Part shown: piece by piece, positions 56,732-64,000 of the stretch
Position numbering within the stretch: position 1 is the first letter of the stretch
Layout of the letters: the number at the start of each line of letters is the position of its first letter
From: a virus
Lineage: Duplodnaviria; Caudoviricetes
Virus record (IMG/VR): IMGVR_UViG_3300028298_000007
Location: 752 to 64,751 of that record
Strand: one strand, 5' to 3'
DNA: 64,000 bases
Notes under the pieces: model-generated
Databases searched by the model: none
The model's input: the letters and a program-made list of their open reading frames with translations, nothing else
Told to the model about the DNA's origin: nothing
Program-made: the position numbers and the translations under genes

Positions 56732-57396
56732 TACCTCTTTTCCGAATCATAACCGTCCATCTTACGCAAAATCGCTAATCCATAAGCGGAAGACCATATC
56801 CTGCACCACTCGAAATTATAATGATTATTCAAAAAAGGAATTATTTTATGGAATGCTTCCTCTGAAGGCCCATAAACATCATGCATAATAAAATATCCCT
56901 GGCCGTTGCCTTTAATCCTAGGATATAAGACCTCGAGCTCATGCATAACGTGTTTGGTATCGTGGGCGCCGTCTTGGAAGATCAAATCAAATTCGATATC
57001 CTTAAATGTTTCAGCCGTAAGATTAATCGAATCCATATTGATTATTGTCGCCGGCAGGCCATCTAATCTTTTTTTAGCTAAATCAGTCTGCACTATATCA
57101 ATCCCATAATACTGGCCGTTATCTATCTGATATCTTACGCCGTTATCCTTGACCGCATTAGCTAGATACCATGCGGTATAGCACTCAGCATGGCCTATTT
57201 CCAAAATCTTATGCGCTTCTATTGCCCTAGCAAGAAAATAAAGCATAGGGCCGAAGAAAGTTATCGTAGAATTGATATTAATAAAATGCGCTGAATGGAT
57301 CAACTCCATAATCGGTGCTGGATGTTGCGTAAAATATTCAACATCTTTTGGGTGTTCGATATAGCGGTTAAAATAGGTAACTAATTTCTTATCCAT
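56719..57396 (-). CDS. class I SAM methyltransferase (Methyltransf_24-like)
   Basis: LEIG, GIDI, FDLIFQDGAH and MHD motifs. Confidence 0.82.
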   Translation of the reverse strand: MDKKLVTYFNRYIEHPKDVEYFTQHPAPIMELIHSAHFININSTITFFGPMLYFLARAIEAHKILEIGHAECYTAWYLANAVKDNGVRYQIDNGQYYGIDIVQTDLAKKRLDGLPATIINMDSINLTAETFKDIEFDLIFQDGAHDTKHVMHELEVLYPRIKGNGQGYFIMHDVYGPSEEAFHKIIPFLNNHYNFEWCRIWSSAYGLAILRKMDGYDSEKRYWKE

Positions 57397-57546
57397 TGAA
57401 TTCCATTCTTTCTTGTATTGTAGGCAGTCTTTCCCGGTCGCATTTCTTATGGCACTCTTGGTTTATACATACCATAACGCTGTATCTAGACATATTATGT
57501 GTCCTTTGTTCAACTTTTATTTTCTGTTTAGGACAATCGTCTTCCA

Positions 57547-57875
57547 TTAGAAATATCCGCTTCCATTAGTAGAATTATCTGTATAATTCTGACTTGTGTA
57601 AGTCCAGCCATTCCCATAAGTTCTTATTACTATATGAAATATAGAGGCCTCTAGCGGACTTAACAATGCTTTCAAATGATTATCGTATTCATCTTTATCA
57701 TTTACCAATATATCGCAAGCGGCATTTATTAACTTCATCAATTCCTGATTCCGCCTCTGTCAGGATGATGGATTAACGCTAATTCTCTGCGCTTCTTATT
57801 GACATCTTGTTTGCTGCAAAAATTAGGTAATCCAAGTTTTTCATATAAATTTACGTTAGGAAATCTTTTTGGCAA
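57547..57875 (-). pseudogene. DnaJ J-domain protein interrupted by a 1-nt frameshift
   Basis: NLYEKLGL...KKRRELALIHHPDRGG, then in the shifted frame NQELMKLINAACDIL; break at 57749-57750. Confidence 0.75.
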
Positions 57876-59601
57876 CGCCTATTCCCTTTCCGTCATGATT
57901 TTCCATAAATGTAAAATTAGCGGCATTGATCTTCTTGAATTCGTCCCAGACATCCTGCAGGGAACAACCGTCAGGGGTCAAATCATCGAAAACAATAAAA
58001 CCGCCGATATCTAATATATTTACCGCATTAGCAAGATCCTGCCTGGCATAGTCTTTATCGTGGTTTCCGTCAACTAAAATGTAATCAAACTTATAATCCG
58101 GAAATTTCTGGGCGTAGGCCGGTATCTGCGCTAAGGAATCTCCTACCAAGAATTGAACTTTATCCACCGGAAGATTTAAATATTTAAGATTATTGAACAC
58201 TACCTCAGGTGTGGCCGGAGCCTCGGTAAAGGTATCGCAAAGAACTATACGCTCAATGATATTTGTATCTATAAAAGCGGATAGCAACTGGCAAATCGAT
58301 ATCCCTGTTCGGCAGCCGATTTCCAAAATTCTCTTTGGCTCAATAACTGAACCTAAGAACCAAGCAAAGTGATAAGTATCCATAAATTTATCTTTATTTT
58401 TATTGTAATGCCAAAGATAGGCCTCAAGATACTTATCTTCTGGATTTATCTGTTTTAATATACGCATAGTATTAAATATCGCGGAGTCAGTCTGGGGTTG
58501 ATGATAAAAATCACCCAATTCTTCAGGTATATTCGCAGTCCCTTTCAATTCATCTTTCTTTGGTGTTACTTCCTTATTTAAATTTAGAATAAAAGGCCCG
58601 CCGGTTTTATTTTTATCTTCCATTTTATCTTCTCCTTTTAAGTTAAGTATAACTGGTTTTTCATTTTCATATCTTAATACTCCGCCTAAATAATAAATTT
58701 CAACAGCCCTGGCAATATCTTCGGGCCGAATTAACTCCATACACATCGGAGTTTTATTCTCGGCCTTAAAAGTGCATTCCTCTATCCTCGACCTCCAGCA
58801 CCCGTCATATACAGCGCATTTAAGCGCGCCATTAGTATAGAGGAAGCGGTGATCCGGATTTAACTGCCATCTTACGCCTTCCCGAGCTCCCGAAACAACG
58901 ACGCAGGGCTTGGATAACGCGGCCATGATAACCATCTGCATGGATACCGGGCATATGGCGCCCTCGGCATATTTCGACAACAAGAAAAGCTGCCTGAGGT
59001 TAGTTTTACCTCTTAAATCGATTACGCCGTCCAATAGCGGGTGGGTATGAGCTGAATGGCCTACCTGAACGAATTTAATCTTGTCTTTAAGCAAATCCAC
59101 AACCTGCTGATAATACGGATAGTATTTTAAAGTATAATCATTCTTTACGCCGGCATTTATTATCCAGTATTTGCCCTCTACCTGTCTAGGCAGCGACAGT
59201 TCTTCTTTAGAGAAGAAGATATCCGGTTTCATCCCGGTGCGAGGTATATCGATACCTAACTTCTGCGCTAAGAACATCCTATGCCCATCAGCGAAAGGCA
59301 GGCCCGACATACCAGAGATATGGATCAAAGGATAGTGCGAAATTATATATTTAGTGTCCCCGACTAAAACAGGAGGCAAGCTTTCGTTCTTCTTCAGGTC
59401 CTCAATCGCTTTATTCGCGGCCGCAGGATCAGGAACATCGATATGCGTGATATAAGGGCTATTCTGGTAAATCTCATTGCAGGGAGTCCTGACATCGGTA
59501 ATGTATTTACCCGGATGAGCCTTATGTAAAGAGCGCAGCGCAATTGACATTATCAGTATATCCCCGGGACTTAAATCATTAACTAAGACGATTTTTTCCA
59601 T
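57856..59601 (-). CDS. GT9-like glycosyltransferase plus Methyltransf_24 fusion
   Basis: SPGDIL, DLRGKTNLRQL and AALSKPCVV GT9 motifs; LEIGCRTG, DYILVDGNH and GGFIVFDD methyltransferase motifs. Confidence 0.85.
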   Translation of the reverse strand: MEKIVLVNDLSPGDILIMSIALRSLHKAHPGKYITDVRTPCNEIYQNSPYITHIDVPDPAAANKAIEDLKKNESLPPVLVGDTKYIISHYPLIHISGMSGLPFADGHRMFLAQKLGIDIPRTGMKPDIFFSKEELSLPRQVEGKYWIINAGVKNDYTLKYYPYYQQVVDLLKDKIKFVQVGHSAHTHPLLDGVIDLRGKTNLRQLFLLSKYAEGAICPVSMQMVIMAALSKPCVVVSGAREGVRWQLNPDHRFLYTNGALKCAVYDGCWRSRIEECTFKAENKTPMCMELIRPEDIARAVEIYYLGGVLRYENEKPVILNLKGEDKMEDKNKTGGPFILNLNKEVTPKKDELKGTANIPEELGDFYHQPQTDSAIFNTMRILKQINPEDKYLEAYLWHYNKNKDKFMDTYHFAWFLGSVIEPKRILEIGCRTGISICQLLSAFIDTNIIERIVLCDTFTEAPATPEVVFNNLKYLNLPVDKVQFLVGDSLAQIPAYAQKFPDYKFDYILVDGNHDKDYARQDLANAVNILDIGGFIVFDDLTPDGCSLQDVWDEFKKINAANFTFMENHDGKGIGVAKKIS

Positions 59602-59837
59602 TACTTGTCTCCTTTTCTGAATACGCAGTATTCAATTGTTTTTGGCAGTATGATAAAATTCTTCTTTACGCCTTTAGCCTTTAATTGCCCGATGATATTA
59701 TTGATTACCTGCAGATCATCATTAGAACTTACTTTAAAAATGATAAAATCATTAGTGTTTATCTGTTCGATTTCTATCCCGGTTACGTAGGCAATTGTGC
59801 CTTCCAGTTTTTCTATTTTTAACTTTTCTTTTCCCAT
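59601..59837 (-). CDS. hypothetical protein
   Basis: Likely start MGKEK, coupled to the upstream stop by TAATG. Confidence 0.5.
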   Translation of the reverse strand: MGKEKLKIEKLEGTIAYVTGIEIEQINTNDFIIFKVSSNDDLQVINNIIGQLKAKGVKKNFIILPKTIEYCVFRKGDK

Positions 59838-60379
59838 TATGCACCGTCCTTCTGGAATATTATTGAGTGTATGTCTTCTCTTGGCGGACATTCCGACATT
59901 GAATTTACCAATAGTGAGAAACCATAAAACTTAAATAGCGCTTCCAATAACTCAACGCTGTAGTAATGCAGGTGCTCTCCGGGCTTAAAATGCTTCCACT
60001 TATCCCAAAATACGCCGATAGGTTTTATCGGCATGGCTATGGCCACAAAATCGGTATTCTGCAATAAAGGCGCTAAGTCCGTAAAATCAGGAATATGCTC
60101 CAAGACATCCCAAAGAGTAATCAGGTCATACTGCTTATGGCGGATTCCTGTCTGCGGCACCGGCATAATATCGAAGGTGTCCATATTCTCGTCTTTAATA
60201 TAGGAAGGCTTGAACGCGGAAAACCAACCCACTCCGCAGCCGTAGTCCAGGACTACCGGCCACTTATTATTAAAATGCAGAGCGGAAACAAAATCCCAGC
60301 GAATATCATTGATTTGTTTGGCGGTATGGGTGTGGATCCTTAAAAGATTGAAGTAATAATTGACATCATATTTTATCAT
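59837..60379 (-). CDS. class I SAM methyltransferase
   Basis: VLDYGCGVG, YDLITLWDVLEHI and EHLHYYS motifs. Confidence 0.85.
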   Translation of the reverse strand: MIKYDVNYYFNLLRIHTHTAKQINDIRWDFVSALHFNNKWPVVLDYGCGVGWFSAFKPSYIKDENMDTFDIMPVPQTGIRHKQYDLITLWDVLEHIPDFTDLAPLLQNTDFVAIAMPIKPIGVFWDKWKHFKPGEHLHYYSVELLEALFKFYGFSLLVNSMSECPPREDIHSIIFQKDGA

Positions 60380-60388
60380 TCTTACCCC

Positions 60389-60808
60389 TTAAAGCGATCT
60401 TATAGAACCGTCGCTTAATTTATAGGTCCCAGAAGCATGGGTCTTGGTGATTGAATTATTTATTTTAACATCTTTTATCTCAGGAAGTTCTAATCCCGGG
60501 ATACTAACAACATATTCCTCATACCAGGGTGAGGTATTAATGGCCTGGTTAATCGATTTAGCTATGGTAATGACACTTATCGACCTGGCATTGGCATCCA
60601 ATGACTGGCGTTCCAATATCCTGTCCAGCCGGCCATCCTTTAAATCGAATAAGTCGTGCTTATAAATCTTGATCCTGTTTTGGATAGTGTTCTTATCTTT
60701 CTCCAATTCCTCTATCTTCTCGAAGGTCAGGCGCACTGCTTCCTTGATAGCAGCCACCTGTTTAGCCTTGATCTCGAGTTTTAAAGCGTCCAACTTTTTA
60801 TCTTCCAT
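60389..60808 (-). CDS. hypothetical coiled-coil protein
   Basis: 139 aa ORF with AAGGAG RBS. Confidence 0.6.
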   Translation of the reverse strand: MEDKKLDALKLEIKAKQVAAIKEAVRLTFEKIEELEKDKNTIQNRIKIYKHDLFDLKDGRLDRILERQSLDANARSISVITIAKSINQAINTSPWYEEYVVSIPGLELPEIKDVKINNSITKTHASGTYKLSDGSIRSL

Positions 60809-60821
60809 TAATGCTCCTTTC

Positions 60822-61025
60822 TTAAACAGGGATAAAATAAATTTTATACTTCTGCGATAGTTTTAAGAAATATTTATCGGCGTCCTGGGGGTCTTTAAAA
60901 GTAAGGATGAGTTGCAGGTTTAGCTTACTGTTATCTACGATAACGCCCTCAAAGGTAACTTCGCCGGTAGCGTAATCCTTCTTTGATAAAATAAATACAG
61001 GCTCTTTTAATTCGAGTTGTTCCAT
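60822..61025 (-). CDS. hypothetical protein
   Basis: GGAGG RBS. Confidence 0.55.
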   Translation of the reverse strand: MEQLELKEPVFILSKKDYATGEVTFEGVIVDNSKLNLQLILTFKDPQDADKYFLKLSQKYKIYFIPV

Positions 61026-61038
61026 TTAGGCCGCCTCC

Positions 61039-61377
61039 TTAAGCGCTTCTTATCACAGCCAAGATGTCCTCATCCTTAATCAAGAACAATTGCCTGTCCT
61101 TTTGGCCGGGTATTTTAGATACCTCTATTATTTCGGTGTAAGAATATTTGGAAAACAGCACAATATCGCCGCTGGTTATCTTAAATTTGATATCACTATC
61201 GCCAGCCACCGCGATGACCCGGCCCTTGGTCGGCGCCTTAGGCTTAGTCTGGCCGGGTAAACTTACCGCGCTGTCATCCCCCGGGATAATTATGCCTCCT
61301 GGAGTCTTTTGTTCCTTAGTCTTGGTGTCTTCAGGCTCAACCAGCACCCTCTTATTTAACGGATCCACTATATTCAT
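61039..61377 (-). CDS. groES: co-chaperonin GroES
   Basis: PLNKRVLV, TPGGIIIP, GRVIAV, GDIVLFSKY and DEDILAV motifs. Confidence 0.9.
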   Translation of the reverse strand: MNIVDPLNKRVLVEPEDTKTKEQKTPGGIIIPGDDSAVSLPGQTKPKAPTKGRVIAVAGDSDIKFKITSGDIVLFSKYSYTEIIEVSKIPGQKDRQLFLIKDEDILAVIRSA

Positions 61378-61382
61378 CCTTT

Positions 61383-62000
61383 TCAAATTCCATTAGATTC
61401 GACAGGCGTATTTTCAGCCTGATTTTTCTTCTTTCTGCCACCTCTTGCACCGTAATATCTCGCTGAATAGCAGGTAAGAATTTTCATAATATCCTCTGCT
61501 AATTCTTCTTCGTATTTCTTTTCTTTGGTTTCCATTATCTCAACTTCAATTTCAAGATTTGTAAAAATTGCATCAAGATATTCATATCCAAATCGGGCAA
61601 GTCTATCTTTGTATTCAATCAGCACCCGTTCAACTTTACCCTCAAAGCACATCTTGATTAACTTGTGTATGCCATTTCGTTTTTCGTTTATTCCGCTGGC
61701 AATCTCGTCAATCAAAACATACTTGTAGCCTTTGGCTTCTGCGTGTTTCCGTAACCTGTCTTTCTGCCGTTCAAGATTCTCTTTCTGTTTTGCCGTTGAA
61801 CATCTTGCGTAAATCACAGTCAACTTTTCTTGCTTCTCTTTCTCGACTCCCATATAAGCGTCTAAGTCTTCCTGACGGAAACGCCGATGCTCACCAGTAG
61901 TCTTGAAAGACTTTATCTTTCCGTTGTTGGCAAGCGTCTTGAGAGTGTTTATTGACACCCCAAGATAACCGCTTGCTTCTGTAATTTTATAGATTTTCAT
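61383..62000 (-). CDS. tnpA: IS607-family serine transposase/resolvase
   Basis: N-terminal MerR-like HTH, YARCS, LERQ, DEIASG, DRLARFG and ELAEDI...SARYYG motifs. Confidence 0.9.
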   Translation of the reverse strand: MKIYKITEASGYLGVSINTLKTLANNGKIKSFKTTGEHRRFRQEDLDAYMGVEKEKQEKLTVIYARCSTAKQKENLERQKDRLRKHAEAKGYKYVLIDEIASGINEKRNGIHKLIKMCFEGKVERVLIEYKDRLARFGYEYLDAIFTNLEIEVEIMETKEKKYEEELAEDIMKILTCYSARYYGARGGRKKKNQAENTPVESNGI

Positions 62001-62770
62001 GCGATACTCGAACAAATGCCGATACACTCTGTTTCTTTTTCATCATCCGTATCGTAATATGATGACAACTCCCCCCGTTCTATCCGCCCACGAAACGCCT
62101 CAAGAGTTTCATCTTTGAAGAATGAAATATCTTTACCAAGATATTCTCTCATTTCCCGTTCTACTCGTTCTCGTTCTGCATAGACTTCTGGTAATTTCTC
62201 ATAAAGAAGTTTCCAATGTTTTTTCCCTGCACGAACGCACCCCCCAGAACAATTGTTATGCAGGAATCCCAATCTGTAGAGGAGTGGTTCTTGAATGTTT
62301 GCAGCCTTCAGGAAGTCGTCAATCTGCTGTTTTGTTGTGTTCTCTCTGATAAGTGGAAATGTCAACTTCGGCCATTTTCCAGTTCTTACAGCAACCGTTT
62401 GATAAACTCCGACAATTCTGTTTGCTCTATGTGGTTCATCAGCACCAATACCAAATACAAGCGTATCTCCATCTTTGTAGAACTTTTGCAGTCGTTCTGC
62501 TTTTAGGATTCGAGAGCAAAAAGGCATACGATTATTTGCCAAAGCATTGTTGTTATAAAACAATGCCTCTGGACTTCTTCCATCCGAATCGAAAGTGATG
62601 GGGTGATTAAAATGTTTTGAAAGGTCATCAAGGAAACGATATAGGTCTGCGTGTTCCCATTTTGTATCATTGAAATACAAGATGACCTCTTCTTTTGGAT
62701 ACTGCTTCAATGCCCAGTCTGCACACCAAGCCGAAGCCTTTCCGCCACTAATTGCTACTATCACACTCAT
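61997..62770 (-). CDS. PAPS-reductase-like (PP-loop) protein
   Basis: ISGGKAS PP-loop, CSRILK and HNNCSGGCVRAG Cys motifs. Confidence 0.8.
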   Translation of the reverse strand: MSVIVAISGGKASAWCADWALKQYPKEEVILYFNDTKWEHADLYRFLDDLSKHFNHPITFDSDGRSPEALFYNNNALANNRMPFCSRILKAERLQKFYKDGDTLVFGIGADEPHRANRIVGVYQTVAVRTGKWPKLTFPLIRENTTKQQIDDFLKAANIQEPLLYRLGFLHNNCSGGCVRAGKKHWKLLYEKLPEVYAERERVEREMREYLGKDISFFKDETLEAFRGRIERGELSSYYDTDDEKETECIGICSSIA

Positions 62771-62915
62771 GTTTCAACTCCCTAACTAATTTCTCGTTTG
62801 CATCCACAATCTTCTGCATATCCTCAACGGATATTTCTTTTTCCAAAGGCTCAAAGAAATAAACCTTCTCGTCCTCTGTCTGAAAATACTCTTTCGTTAC
62901 TTTGATGACTTTCAT
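62748..62915 (-). CDS. small hypothetical protein at the element's left end (55 aa, not in ORF track)
   Basis: MKVIKVTKEYFQTEDEKVYFFEPLEKEISVEDMQKIVDANEKLVRELKHECDSSN; AAGGAG RBS. Confidence 0.65.
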   Translation of the reverse strand: MKVIKVTKEYFQTEDEKVYFFEPLEKEISVEDMQKIVDANEKLVRELKHECDSSN

Positions 62916-62928
62916 ATTTCACTCCTTA

Positions 62929-62957
62929 AATATACACTATTTCTGGTTAAAAAGCAA
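62929..62957 (-). promoter_or_regulatory. sigma70-type promoter inside the IS607-like element
   Basis: Minus strand TTGCTT-17 nt-TATATT. Confidence 0.6.
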
Positions 62958-62994
62958 GTAATTTTAACCGATTTCTTTTGATTTTGTTGGATTT

Positions 62995-63177
62995 TCATAA
63001 GCAGTTAGAACCTCCCTTGCCTCCTTCGTTTTCCTCGCGCTGCTTTTTAGCTGCGCTGTAAAAATCTAAGATACCGTTGATATAACCTGAGCGCTGATCC
63101 ACCGGCTCTTTAGTGCAATCGGAAATCAGGCGGTTTCTAATTTCTTCCAAAGTTTCCTTTACTATTGCAGGTGGCAT
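62995..63177 (-). CDS. hypothetical protein, C-terminus altered by the insertion
   Basis: Ends GGKGG|SNCL*; the last four residues come from the element. Confidence 0.6.
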   Translation of the reverse strand: MPPAIVKETLEEIRNRLISDCTKEPVDQRSGYINGILDFYSAAKKQREENEGGKGGSNCL

Positions 63178-63178
63178 T

Positions 63179-63379
63179 TTAGGCCTCCTTTTCCTTTAAT
63201 TTGAAGAACTCTTTATTTTGGCAACTATCGCACCTAACTTCCAGGCTTTTGTCAATATGCTTATCAGAACCCTGGTACTTATTATTTACGCATAGAGCGC
63301 AAGGCTTTGAATTATCGAATGGCTGGTCAGCCATCATTACTACGCTAAATCTTTTTTTCTGCCAATCGCAGCCTGACAT
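63179..63379 (-). CDS. small zinc-binding protein
   Basis: CALC...CDSC. Confidence 0.5.
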   Translation of the reverse strand: MSGCDWQKKRFSVVMMADQPFDNSKPCALCVNNKYQGSDKHIDKSLEVRCDSCQNKEFFKLKEKEA

Positions 63380-63380
63380 T

Positions 63381-63701
63381 TTATCCTTGTGTCGCTATTA
63401 GTATCCCGTCCTGAAAATAGAAATATACACTCTCATAGCCTATTCTGTACTCCCAAAGCGTAAACAATCCCCTAGCGCTCCTGTAACTGGCGCCGTAGTC
63501 CGGCCTGCCATAAATAACCTGGACTTCCTTATAGGTTACGCCCAAGCGCGGCATATCATTATGAAACCTGGGAAGGCTTAGCCGATTCATCTTCAGACTT
63601 GAGCAGCCTATCATAAATAAAAGAATGACGATAATAAAAAAGCCCTGACAATAATTCAGGGCTAAATTGGTGATAGACAGGCTTTTCTTTATATTGAGCA
63701 T
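63381..63701 (-). CDS. putative lipoprotein (SmpA/OmlA-like domain)
   Basis: Hydrophobic stretch ending MIGC; GVTYKEV...YGRP...WEY...YFYFQDG. Confidence 0.55.
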   Translation of the reverse strand: MLNIKKSLSITNLALNYCQGFFIIVILLFMIGCSSLKMNRLSLPRFHNDMPRLGVTYKEVQVIYGRPDYGASYRSARGLFTLWEYRIGYESVYFYFQDGILIATQG

Positions 63702-63740
63702 CTTAAGGCTCCGGGTTCAGTTTAAATTTTAACTATGCTC

Positions 63741-63768
63741 AATATAACTCTAATCCTATTTTTGTCAA
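63741..63768 (-). promoter_or_regulatory. sigma70-type promoter heading the right-arm operon
   Basis: Minus strand TTGACA-16 nt-TATATT. Confidence 0.55.
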
Positions 63769-64000
63769 GCATTATTTTATATGCATTTTTGCTTTATAAA
63801 AAGGCATATTTCATTTAGAACTATTCTCTTCTGAACTCTTCCTTACCATACAGACGCTGGAAAATAAAAATATGGTATAAAAAAATTTAAGGATTTCATA
63901 AAACCGGGAAAAAGAAGGCCGGTATTTTATAGATGTATTATGATTGAAGGATCATGAATCATAGTTCGAAGCTATATTGCGGAGTAATGGTGCGGATTTG

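Larger units (their letters stand above)
61378..63010 (-). mobile_element. IS607-like element lacking tnpB, carrying two passenger genes
   Basis: Serine transposase gene; GG dinucleotides at both ends (61378-9 and 63011-2); removing the element restores an ATGA stop/start overlap. Confidence 0.8.

Noticed and set aside
7731-61377. Impression that CCGG/GCCGGC sites are frequent for an AT-rich genome
   Set aside because: It cannot be quantified by eye; a Markov-model k-mer count is needed before linking it to the methylases.
1-64000. Alternative genetic code (stop-codon reassignment)
   Set aside because: Long conserved genes are intact under the standard code, and TAA, TGA and TAG all end genes at sensible positions.

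Overview
The window looks like most of a tailed (siphovirus-type) bacteriophage genome with two convergent arms that meet at a bidirectional terminator near 24.67 kb. The + arm (1-24651) carries a CHAP lysin, many small early genes punctuated by three hammerhead ribozymes, ParB, RNase H, an SNF2 helicase, an atypical tRNA, a structured RNA candidate, an acyl-carrier-protein homolog lacking its catalytic Ser, a primase-helicase, a probable origin and DNA methyltransferases. The - arm (63701-24714) carries an IS607-like element without TnpB, GroES, about 9 kb of glycosyltransferase/methyltransferase/kinase genes, terminase, an intein-containing portal, a Dam-like methylase, a protease-scaffold-capsid fusion and a tail module. 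The most striking candidate system is five virion-module proteins with nearly pure poly-serine tracts (about 24-330 residues) encoded next to a phage glycan-building cluster, which suggests a self-glycosylated virion coat. No integrase, DNA polymerase, CRISPR array or reverse transcriptase was recognised. All product calls come from motif recognition by eye, with no database searches.
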